Of a DNA stretch of 64,000 bases, positions 1 to 12,400 are shown piece by piece. Every line of letters begins with the position of its first letter. Positions within the stretch are counted from its first letter, which is position 1. The notes under the pieces are model-generated. The model did not search any database and was not told the DNA's origin. It saw nothing but the letters and a program-made list of their open reading frames with translations. The stretch is from Antedon mediterranea (taxonomy: Eukaryota > Animalia > Echinodermata). Made by a program: the position numbers and the translations under genes. The stretch spans positions 18,494,871 to 18,558,870 of the forward strand of contig NC_092676.1 of NCBI RefSeq assembly GCF_964355755.1, written 5' to 3'.

Positions 1-57
1 CATATTTGGGCCAATCACACTTTTTGTAAAACTAATTTGATAGTGTAGACAGAGCTT
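1..57. mobile_element. Right end of PIF/Harbinger-like MITE family A
   Basis: Ends in TTTGATAGTGTAGACAGAGCT|TTA, the same terminal inverted repeat (TIR) as the copy at 33238-33647. Confidence 0.7.
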
Positions 58-302
58 TAGAAATATAATATTTTAAAAAATACGACTAGAAATTTCAAAA
101 TTCATTCTTAATTGTAATTTTTATACCAAATACTAACAAGGAATAGAAATATATTAACTTTGAATATGTATAAAAAATTTAAATAGGCCTACACAACTAT
201 CTCTAGTAGTGATTATTCTGAATTCAGAATTTAAAATTATGGTGGACTTATGGTGTCTCATCAAAATAGGGGTGAGCTTACCCGCATCAGTTCGGTACTT
301 AC

Positions 303-3300
303 GTTAACTCTACACCTTCTGTGGGCAGATCCGAGTCGTCTGAATCTGAATCACTGTCGTCATCTTTGAATGAATTGCCAATCTCTTTACAAGCCCAACC
401 CTTCTCAACAAAAAGTCCAGGTACGACACTGGAGAACAGCCAGTAACGACTATGATTACGATCAACACCTAGAGGCTGGTTTCGCAATATTGACTTGGCT
501 AGTTGAATACCATCCTATATATGAAACAATATGAGACAAAATTGAGTACAATCATTTCCAAAGCCAAGTTTCTTAATGTAAACAAATATTTTTTTATATG
601 GTTCGTCTCCATATCATTATCATAAAGGCCAATTGACACAGACAAGTGGTAACGGTAAGCAGAAAACCAAAATAGAATCCATGTTATTTCTTATGACCAT
701 TTACACAAAATGCAGAGCACTGCAGATGAACAGTTGAGCGGAAACATGCTCAGGATAAATACAGATTCTATGTGGGACAAGCTACATGGTTTTTCGCTTA
801 CTGTTACCGATAAGATTGCAGTTAATATGCTAAAAAAAATTTTAGGCCACTAGAAAAACCTTATGCCTTCCATACCTCAAACCGTCTTTCAAACGACTCG
901 GCTTCACGCTGTTTTCTTAATTCCTCTAGATCTTTTATACGTCGTTCTTTTTCTTTACGTTCTTGCTCAGCGCGTTCAACCTTCATTTTTGCAGATTGCA
1001 TACGTCTTCTTTTGATGACTGTAATCAAATCGTTTTCGTCTTCTGGAATAATTATTTCTTCTTCCTTCGTATTCTCCTTAGCTTTATTTTCAGTCTTATT
1101 TTCTAAAAAAAAAAAGTCAATAAATATTTTAGCATTCACAAATACCAAAATGATTAGTACATCAATTAATTTTATAAGAAGTAGACAATTGATTGATTAC
1201 CAAGTTGTAGATCACCGAAGTAAAGCAATGTTGGGCCAGGTTAGAGCTTGGATGGGAGACCATTTGGGGATTTCAGGTTATGTATATGGAGCTGGGGTCC
1301 CATTAGACATTTAAAATCAGCACTGCTGACTTTTATGGCACCCCTGCATCTAGTATCTGCCTCAGATATATTGGCATATGCCTTACCTCTGGTCAAGGTG
1401 GGCACTGGATGAGAGAAGCCCTCAAATCAATGATAAGACCAACCAAAGTGCTTTAAACAGTCCTTCCATTATTCAGATAAATGCAAGACTAAGGCACCTT
1501 GATGCCGTCTTATTTATGAATGGAATACTCAATATCACCTTTTTTAACTTCTTTGTCCCCGTTCTTTGCTACATTAGGCTTCTTCTCCTGTTCCTCCTCC
1601 TTCTTAAGCCGCAATGCTTCCTTTTCTTCCCTAATTTTCTTCTTTTCTTCCCTCACTCTATCATTTTTTTCTTTCAGTGTTTTCAGTTTCTCTTTCCTAA
1701 AAAGACAAATCCACAAAGTAATATATAATGCCCAGCTCTAAAACAATCTGTGTCCAAAAGGATCTAACACAACACAATGGACTAAAATGTTTAAAGACAA
1801 ATCCACAAAGTAATATATAATGCCCAGCTCTAAAACAATCTGTGTCCTAAAGGATCTAACACAACACAATGGACTAAAATGTTTAAAGACAAATCCACAA
1901 AGTAATATATAATGCCCAGCTCTAAAACAATCTGTGTCCAAAAGGATCTAACACAACACAATGGACTAAAATGTTTAAAGACAAATCCACAAAGTAATAT
2001 ATAATGCCCAGCTCTAAAACAATCTGTGTCCAAAAGGATCTAACACAACACAATGGACTAAAATGTTTAAAGACAAATCCACAAAGTAATATATAATGCC
2101 CAGCTCTAAAACAATCTGTGTCCTAAAGGATCTAACACAACACAATGGACTAAAATGTTTAAAGACAAATCCACAAAGTAATATATAATGCCCAGCTCTA
2201 AAACAATCTGTGTCCAAAAGGATCTAACACAACACAATGGACTAAAATGTTTAAAGACAAATCCACAAAGTAATATATAATGCCCAGCTCTAAAACAATC
2301 TGTGTCCAAAAGGATCTAACACAACACAATGGACTAAAATGTTTAAAGACAAATCCACAAAGTAATATATAATGCTCAGCTCTAAAACAATCTGTGTCCA
2401 AAAGGATCTAACACAACACAATGGACTAAAATGTTTAAAGACAAATCCACAAAGTAATATATAATGCTCAGCTCTAAAACAATCTGTGTCCAAAAGGATC
2501 TAACACAACACAATGGACTAAAATGTTTAAAGACAAATCCACAAAGTAATATATAATGCTCAGCTCTAAAACAATCTGTGTCCAAAAGGATCTAACACAA
2601 CACAATGGACTAAAATGTTTAAAGACAAATCCACAAAGTAATATATAATGCCCAGCTCTAAAACAATCTGTGTCCTAAAGGATCTAACACAACACAATGG
2701 ACTAAAATGTTTAAAGACAAATCCACAAAGTAATATATAATGCTCAGCTCTAAAACAATCTGTGTCCAAAAAGATCAACACAACACAATGGACTAAAATG
2801 TTTAAAGACAAATCCACAAAGTAATATATAATGCTCAGCTCTAAAACAATCTGTGTCCAAAAGGATCTAACACAACACAATGGACTAAAATGTTTAAAGA
2901 CAAATCCACAAAGTAATATATAATGCTCAGCTCTAAAACAATCTGTGTCCAAAAGGATCTAACACAACACAATGGACTAAAATGTTTAAAGACAAATCCA
3001 CAAAGTAATATATAATGCTCAGCTCTAAAACAATCTGTGTCCAAAAGGATCTAACACAACACAATGGACTAAAATGTTTAAAGACAAATCCACAAAGTAA
3101 TATATAATGCTCAGCTCTAAAACAATCTGTGTCCAAAAGGATCTAACACAACACAATGGACTAAAATGTTTAAAGACAAATCCACAAAGTAATATATAAT
3201 GCCCAGCTCTAAAACAATCTGTGTCCAAAAGGATCTAACACAACACAATGGACTAAAATGTTTAAAGACAAATCCACAAAGTAATATATAATGCCCAGCT

Positions 3301-6300
3301 CTAAAACAATCTGTGTCCAAAAGGATCTAACACAACACAATGGACTAAAATGTTTAAAGACAAATCCACAAAGTAATATATAATGCCCAGCTCTAAAACA
3401 ATCTGTGTCCAAAAGGATCTAACACAACACAATGGACTAAAATGTTTAAAGACAAATCCACAAAGTAATATATAATGCCCAGCTCTAAAACAATCTGTGT
3501 CCAAAAGGATCTAACACAACACAATGGACTAAAATGTTTAAAGACAAATCCACAAAGTAATATATAATGCCCAGCTCTAAAACAATCTGTGTCCAAAAGG
3601 ATCTAACACAACACAATGGACTAAAATGTTTAAAGACAAATCCACAAAGTAATATATAATGCCCAGCTCTAAAACAATCTGTGTCCAAAAGGATCTAACA
3701 CAACACAATGGACTAAAATGTTTAAAGACAAATCCACAAAGTAATATATAATGCTCAGCTCTAAAACAATCTGTGTCCTAAAGGATCTAACACAACACAA
3801 TGGACTAAAATGTTTAAAGACAAATCCACAAAGTAATATATAATGCCCAGCTCTAAAACAATCTGTGTCCAAAAGGATCTAACACAACACAATGGACTAA
3901 AATGTTTAAAGACAAATCCACAAAGTAATATATAATGCTCAGCTCTAAAACAATCTGTGTCCAAAAGGATCTAACACAACACAATGGACTAAAATGTTTA
4001 AAGACAAATCCACAAAGTAATATATAATGCCCAGCTCTAAAACAATCTGTGTCCAAAAGGATCTAACACAACACAATGGACTAAAATGTTTAAAGACAAA
4101 TCCACAAAGTAATATATAATGCCCAGCTCTAAAACAATCTGTGTCCAAAAGGATCTAACACAACACAATGGACTAAAATGTTTAAAGACAAATCCACAAA
4201 GTAATATATAATGCCCAGCTCTAAAACAATCTGTGTCCAAAAGGATCTAACACAACACAATGGACTAAAATGTTTAAAGACAAATCCACAAAGTAATATA
4301 TAATGCCCAGCTCTAAAACAATCTGTGTCCAAAAGGATCTAACACAACACAATGGACTAAAATGTTTAAAGACAAATCCACAAAGTAATATATAATGCCC
4401 AGCTCTAAAACAATCTGTGTCCAAAAGGATCTAACACAACACAATGGACTAAAATGTTTAAAGACAAATCCACAAAGTAATATATAATGCCCAGCTCTAA
4501 AACAATCTGTGTCCAAAAGGATCTAACACAACACAATGGACTAAAATGTTTAAAGACAAATCCACAAAGTAATATATAATGCTCAGCTCTAAAACAATCT
4601 GTGTCCAAAAAGATCTAACACAACACAATGGACTAAAATGTTTAAAGACAAATCCACAAAGTAATATATAATGCTCAGCTCTAAAACAATCTGTGTCCAA
4701 AAGGATCTAACACAACACAATGGACTAAAATGTTTAAAGACAAATCCACAAAGTAATATATAATGCTCAGCTCTAAAACAATCTGTGTCCAAAAGGATCT
4801 AACACAACACAATGGACTAAAATGTTTAAAGACAAATCCACAAAGTAATATATAATGCTCAGCTCTAAAACAATCTGTGTCCAAAAGGATCTAACACAAC
4901 ACAATGGACTAAAATGTTTAAAGACAAATCCACAAAGTAATATATAATGCTCAGCTCTAAAACAATCTGTGTCCAAAAGGATCTAACACAACACAATGGA
5001 CTAAAATGTTTAAAGACAAATCCACAAAGTAATATATAATGCTCAGCTCTAAAACAATCTGTGTCCAAAAGGATCTAACACAACACAATGGACTAAAATG
5101 TTTAAATTAAAATACCACACAAGCAGTTTTATATCAACAAAATGAAATAATTAAAAACCTTTATGATTTTTTTTTATGAATATTATTTATATATTTAACA
5201 TTAGCAAATGATGTCATGCAGTGGTTTATTTGTCTTTTTTTCTGTTAAGGGTTTTACTTCTAATTATCAATCTCTGAAACAGCTATTTTTGTTACCATTT
5301 AATTTACTGTAAATGTATGCTTGTTTTTTTTTTTAATACAAAAAAAATATAAAAAAATAGCATTGATTTTACTTGACATTGTTAAGCTGCAATAACATGA
5401 AATCAATGTTCTTTAGTGTACTAGATGAAGACTTACCAAAGCTGGGTTGCGTCCTTTTGCTTTTCTTCCATAAAATCAATTACTGAATAAGATGACATAA
5501 TGCGATGGCACAGACAGATCAACAGAATTATTTTCTCATCCGCTTCAAGCACATAAAACTCTTTAGTATCTAATTTCTCAACTAAGTCTTGGGGCTAAAA
5601 AAGATAACAACAAAAGGTGATTAGTCTCTATGAGAAAACATAACATTATTTGAAATATCTTCATAGCCTATATTATTATTATAAATTCAAATATGCCTAA
5701 AAACACATCTTTTTATACATACGATTTTAGGTGTATAAAAATAAATAAGTTATTTTTATTAGAAATCTTTAATCAAAATCCTTATGGATAACTTTCCATA
5801 AGACTACAATGCATAACATTTTTTTTTTATTTCAAATTTGGTAAAATATACTACCTCCAATTTTATTTGTATAAAGGTAAAGTATTTGTCCTCAAGCTTA
5901 ATTGAAAACTGAGGAAATTCGGATTAAGCCCTCCACGGACTCACGGCAGTCAGCAGCACCTACCAGATTCCCTACTCGCTATGATTTGTGTAACCAATGT
6001 AGCTAGTAGATAACCAGTTTATTGCTTGAAATGTTATTTATTTTTTTTTTATTTCAAAAATATTTTATGAAGGTGGTCCATCCAGCATCAGCTGATCATT
6101 AGGGACCCTCAAACAAAACAAACAGTAAATACAAAATAAACTATAAAAACACAAAATTAACAAAGATATAAAAAAATAAATATATATATATATATATATA
6201 AATCCAAAGGCAAATTACTGAAAAAAATGACATGCTGTGGGTATCAGTGGCTGGATCTCAATGGAGATACAAAAATAAAAAGCGAAAAGCTAAATCAAAA

Positions 6301-6384
6301 CGATAAAGTAAACAGCCAGAAAAGATAGCAGAGCTTTCGGGCAACACTAGCCCTTCATCAGTGCAAGTGTATGACATACAGTTT

Positions 6385-6418
<34 letters not shown>

Positions 6419-9400
6419 AAAATACAGTATGCCAACAATGAAAGAAGGATTAAAAGAAATAAAATCAGAGAGAGAGAAACAGGTGTTTTTTCAAAAGAGA
6501 TTTAAAGGAGGAGAAATTGTAAGAGTTACGAATGCTTAAAGGTAGAGAATTAAAGAAAGAAGGAGCATTGAAACTAAAAGAAAGTTTAAAGATTTCAAGG
6601 TAAGGACGAGGGATAAGAAGATCTCCTTTAGTAATTTGCCTAGTGTTCATACGGCCGTTGGAAGAAATCTTACCACATCATCATCTACGTCCTGGTGGAT
6701 TTCCTCATCTGTATCCGAGTCATCCGTCTCCTGATCGTTGGGTCGAAGGCAGAGTCTCATCAACTCTGACGCAGTGTGCATGTTGACTGGAATACCAGAC
6801 AGCTTCATTCCGAGTTCAGAATAATCCTGAAGTAAAAATTAAACATTTAAATATTAAAATTAATTGGCGGTGAACTAGTGTAAATTTGTACTGCATGACT
6901 GTATTGTCAGAGGGGGGCCTGGATATGAAATTTTGCAAAAACTAAGGGGTGATACTATTACACGATCATGGGAATATACTTGATGTATACGTCAACCAAA
7001 ACTCATTACTTTTACTTGAAGCTGATATACTAATCTTTTTTATTAAAAAAAAAATAATAATTAGGCAAATTGCCAAGGATAACCATAATTCATCACTATT
7101 CAATTCAATCCTATTCACAAGACAAACATATACACAAGATGCTCTACATAAACATAAATAAAGTCTTATTAAAAGTCTTTGAGAGTGTAATTTGTCATTA
7201 GAAAAAATCCTGACCCGACAGGGCTTGAACCCAAGACCCTTGGATTGTAATCATAACCACCAAGCCACATCTCCACTATAACTGATATTAGGAGTGCACC
7301 TATTATTACCTCAGCTATGTCATCCTGAAGTAGAGTTTTAAGCAGAATCACTAAACATCGGGATAGATAGCTAAATCCTTGAGGTCCACTCACTAATGCC
7401 TGCATCAAATTCTCTAAAGATAAAAAAAGGGAAAATATATCATGTTGTGCATAAATAGACTGCAAAACCACAAATAAAATTTTTAAAAATATCTAAAATA
7501 AAAAAGAATAGTATACCAAAAATATTGTTCTTTAGATATTGCAAACAAATGTGGGATTCAGATCATAACAGTTCATGAAACCATGCACGTACAAGTGGCT
7601 ATATTTTAAACACATATTCACAATAATTTGTGGACACTTTCCCATGAAACAGCAAACACCTATTAAGGAGACACTCTGTTGGGTCTTAACAAGGGTTCTA
7701 TTGTAAAACTAGTTTGACAAAAAAACTGTAATGTGCCCAAATATGGTAGTGATATGACATTGTGTCCATGGGCACATCACATAAAGTTTGATAGTGTAGT
7801 CAGAGCCTTAGAAATCATGCTTACCAGCTGTTATAGGGTATTGATCATCTGGCATGAGTAAACCAGAATACATGTTCAAGAACTCGGTAATCATTGCGAC
7901 ATCTCCAAACCGTGTGTTTGGTATGCCCTCTGGAAGAACTACCGGTTTAGGCAATATCAATGGCTTTAACAGGAGCTCTTGGTCTTCATACCGCTGTCAA
8001 GTAAACAACAAATATCTAAGTAGCACGTTATTATTTGATTACACCTCTATTGTCTTACAATTACCATAGGCAAATATATACACTATCCTTCAGAAAGGTG
8101 AAAATTTTTTTCAGAGAACACACACACAAGATGCTCTACATAAAGGCCAACTCAGACACCGTCATACTACTTGTTGGGAGGAAATTAAATATGTTTAAAT
8201 TTCTCGACATAAAAACTACATCCTGACACTATCTGCAAGACAACTCGTCGTGTTGGAATTTAACTCAGAAAACACCCGACAAGTGAAGATGTTTCGTCAT
8301 GCCTTTTTGTATGATGCTGTCTTGAGTTGGCCTTCAATTTCAAATTAGGTTTTATCAATTATTACCTTGGCAAGTTCTAATCTTTGTTTCTTTTCTTCTT
8401 CAATCTGTTTATTCTTAGCTTCTCTTGACACCTTCCTCTTCTCTTCCCTCTGTGCCTTCAGGAATGCCTTCTTATCGTCATCCGACATTGAATTCCTAAT
8501 CAAGATATACAAAAGCATTACATAGCTTCCTTTTTATTCATATCATTGAAATAAATCATATCATTTGAAGTTACGTGATTTTTGGAATAAAAATAGTTAA
8601 AACAAATAAAGCAGAAGCCCTATTAAGGGGACAAATTCAACAAAGTGTCCCCTTAAGCGTCCTCTAAATATGATTGGTTGACCAAAGTATTAAAAATGAA
8701 TATCATACCATTTAATCTTTTTCTGAATCTGTTCATGTTTTCTGATTACATCGTCTTTTACAAGCGGATTTAAGTGGTTTCTCTGTATCGTTGTAAGCTG
8801 CCTGGCACAAGCGCTGAGATATTGAAGGTACTGAGGCTTTCTGTTGTTTTTCTTAGAAGCTATCAACCTAATAAAAAACAAACAGCAATTATTTTTAAAA
8901 AATGAACCAATATCTTCATACACTGTACCATTAAAACATTAAATTCCATAGTACGTTCAAATCAAATTGAACATCAGCTCTTCTTCACTCTTAATAATAG
9001 TGTTTAGTAGGGAAGCACTCACTAGTTCCCAATAGAGAAAAATGACGATTGTATTGGTTATAATCTATACCCAACTCGCCAACTTAGTGGTTTCATAGAG
9101 GTTCACCATTTCCCTCTATTGTACCCACAATCAACATTAATCAGACTGTAATCAGACTGATATGCCACATCATACAATTTTCAATTCAGTACCGTATTTA
9201 TTTTAATAAATGCCCCGCTTTGAATAAACGCCCAGGTCTTTATTTATTTCCTTGAAGAAAATGCCCCACTACATGCATATACACAATGTTGTATTGCAAC
9301 ACATTCTAATTGTAGAATTCTTTAATTGACATGATCTACAATTTACCAAGCATTTTGATACAATCTTTACTGTATTCTATCACTTCTTGATTGTGTTGTT

Positions 9401-12400
9401 AATTTTTATATCTATGAGGTATTTATTTGATTTTGCATATTACCATGTTACACCAAAAAAAAAGAAACGTCTCCCTCCAAATAAACGAAGAACACCCCCC
9501 GCCCCACCACTAAAAACCCTCCTAAACAAAACGTGTGCCCTCCACACCTAAAAACCATCCTGAACAATAAACTCCCCCACATCTAAAAACCATCCTGAAC
9601 AATAAACTCCCCCTAAAAAAGCTCTTGAACAATAAATGCGAGGGGCGTATAAAAAAGTACTTGTGAGTGAATTACTTTTGTACAATGGGAGGCATCTTAG
9701 GTGTTCTTGGTCGTGGTGACTTGGGCGACTTGGGTGGCAACTTTACGATCTGATACCTTCCATCGGAATCATCACTCGAATCATTGTTTTCCTTTTTCTT
9801 ACTTTTCAAATCAAACAATGTCAACTGTTTCATAGATTTCTGAAAATATATTCATTAAAAAACATTTTATTCTGTTAAATTTATTACTAAAAACAGTCTG
9901 TTTATATATTTTGGCAAATTTCCAAGGATAATAACCATAAGCGAATTCATTCACTATCCTTCTTAAAGGTGACAATCCTGTTCACAAGACAAAAATATAC
10001 ACAAGATGCTCTGCATAAACAAAGTCTTATTACAAGTCTTGGGAGTGGAGTTGTAAATTGTCATTAAACAAGACCTGACATGACAGGACTTGAAAACAGG
10101 GCTCTTGGATTGGTAGTCAAGCATCATAACCACCAAGCCATAACTCCACTCTGAGGGTTCCTAATGATCAGCTTCGGCTGGATGGGCCACCCTCGTTAAA
10201 TATTGTTGAAATAATTAATAACAAAATGTACTTGCATATATAATGTATGCAAGTAACATTCAGGGATGGGTGAATGGATACTATAGGTATTCAAATGGCA
10301 CATTCAACAACAAAATTGTAACACATTTTTTCAGGGAGACAAAATATATCTCCCTGTAACATTCAGGGATGGGTGAAAGATAGTTAAAAGTTGAAGAGGA
10401 AGGCCTTTAAATAAGCTATAGACTGGGTGGAAGACTTAAAAGCCGGGTGTCCCAGTTTATGTGGCTCAAAACAAAAAGGACAAAATACAATACCTTATCT
10501 TTTGGCGATTTTGATGACTTGTTCGGTGTAGTACCCTTTGATTTGGAATTTTTAATAAACGATTTACTTGGTGTTTTCTTTTGACTTTCCTTTGATTTCA
10601 CAGTTGTTGATTTTCTCTTTGTTGAAACCTTTTTAGGAGTAGTTTTTGACGATTTTTTTAAAGAACTAGAACTTTTTTTGCTTTTATCTTTCTTCTTTTT
10701 CCGGTCTCTTTCTTCTCGCGACTTCTTTGATTTTCTTTTAGTACCATTTTTCTTGTCATTTTTCGACACATCTACTTTTGCTTTTTCTTTAGCCATATTC
10801 TTAAAAATTTCTCGCCAATTTGATTTTATTTCATCCCTTGAAATTTTAATCAGTGGCACATCCTCATCACTAGAAATAACTTCAGTTTTGTTCACAGATT
10901 TTACTTTTGAGGAAATCGGTGAAAGAGCGAGTTTTTTTAACGGTACATCATCATCAGAATCGCTACTACTTTCGGTGTCAACCACGTTAATCGTTTTTCT
11001 CTCATCGTTTTCAATACGAAACAAATTAACTCTGAGAGTAGACTGTTTACTAGGCATTTTGTCCACTTTAGTGTTACACAATGAGTTCACTTTTAGGTCT
11101 GTTGGTGATTTTTTACAATTTTCACCACCAGATTTCTCAAATTGAAATTTTTGTTTGCTTTTACTCGCTGGTGAGCTATAGGTGTGATCAAGGTACACTG
11201 GTGATGCGCAACTAGATGAAGCTTGAGGGCTCTCTTCTTTAGGAGAGTTCACACGTAAATTTGCTTGTGCAGACGATTTGTTTGTCTTTATCTTCTTAGA
11301 TGTTGCCTCTAATGTTTCGGACTTGCGTTTCTTGTTATTATCAAATTGAACCTGATGAAAAATCAGAAGAGAAATTCTTATATCATACAAAATGTTTTTA
11401 CTATTTAATCTATTTATTTCTTATTACAATCTTTTTAAAATGTATAGTATTAAAATGTTTATTAGATAATTCAGAGTTGGCCGTATTATTAATATGACCC
11501 TACTATCATTCTGAACAAATATTGTCAACTTGATATGTATTTATGTTAAATTACCACCTTTCATTATTAAGAATTTTTAAAAAATTGTTTTTTTTTTTAA
11601 ATAAATATAGCCAACCTTGTATGGAGATAACAAAAATTCTGGAAATTTGTTTATCAAATTAAACTTCTTGACTAAATGCTCCAAGATAACCCACACTCTA
11701 TTATTTTGACAGTTACTTTGTAGTGTGCTTGTCTGTAGAAATAACTGCACAGCTTCTTTTGATGGAAGCTCCTCTAAACGTCTGCAAAAAATAAAATATT
11801 GTCACATTTCCAAGCACCAGTGGCTTCCCAACGAATAACTAGACAATGTAGCTATTGAGTCTAATAGTCTTCATACACACTCAAAAGCAACTAACAACAT
11901 GGATACATGCTAATAAACAGAGTTTCATTTCAGGCTTAGAGAGTGGATTAGAAACATTCATGAGTTAGAACCCTGGCACTAGGTTAGGATTGAACCTTGG
12001 GATTGGAAGACGAAATACATTAACCACAAAATAGCAGTACTTAGAATGACTTTTTGACTCAATGGCTTCATAGTCTAGTGTCGCACCACAAAAAATCACT
12101 AATATTCATGCAAGGATATACATGTATGCTACTATCTAAAGATTACATTTTTAAATGTTTATTCCAAAAACAACATCAGTGCAATACAAACAGTATACTT
12201 ACATCAGTTCTCTGGCGGGCACACCTCCAATAATTTTCTCTTCTCCGATTAATTTAATATTACACAAAAGATTTCCAGTCTAGATGGGATAATTCAGAAG
12301 ATGGGATAATTCATTTATCATGTTGCAATTATTTTATTAGTGGGTATCAAAAAGTTATGAATGTGCTTGAATGTATGTGATTTATCTTAAGTATCTGTAA

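Noticed and set aside
1199-1300. 5S rRNA gene
   Set aside because: Only the internal promoter region matches, with many substitutions, and it runs into unrelated sequence. Better explained as SINE3.
1701-5103. CRISPR array, or a family of 67-aa ORFs (MDTDCFRAGHY...)
   Set aside because: Whole 92-bp units repeat with no unique spacers, there are no cas genes and the context is a eukaryotic intron. The ORFs are artefacts of the repeat with TTG starts.
7200-7277. tRNA gene (also 10070-10150 and 28370-28455)
   Set aside because: A/B boxes are present but there is no convincing cloverleaf, and each is joined to a SINE body.
10678-11145. Antisense ORFs (also 1378-1741, 23477-24016, 41279-41878, 44592-45050, 47897-48313)
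   Set aside because: Shadows of Lys/Glu/Ser-rich exons on the opposite strand.
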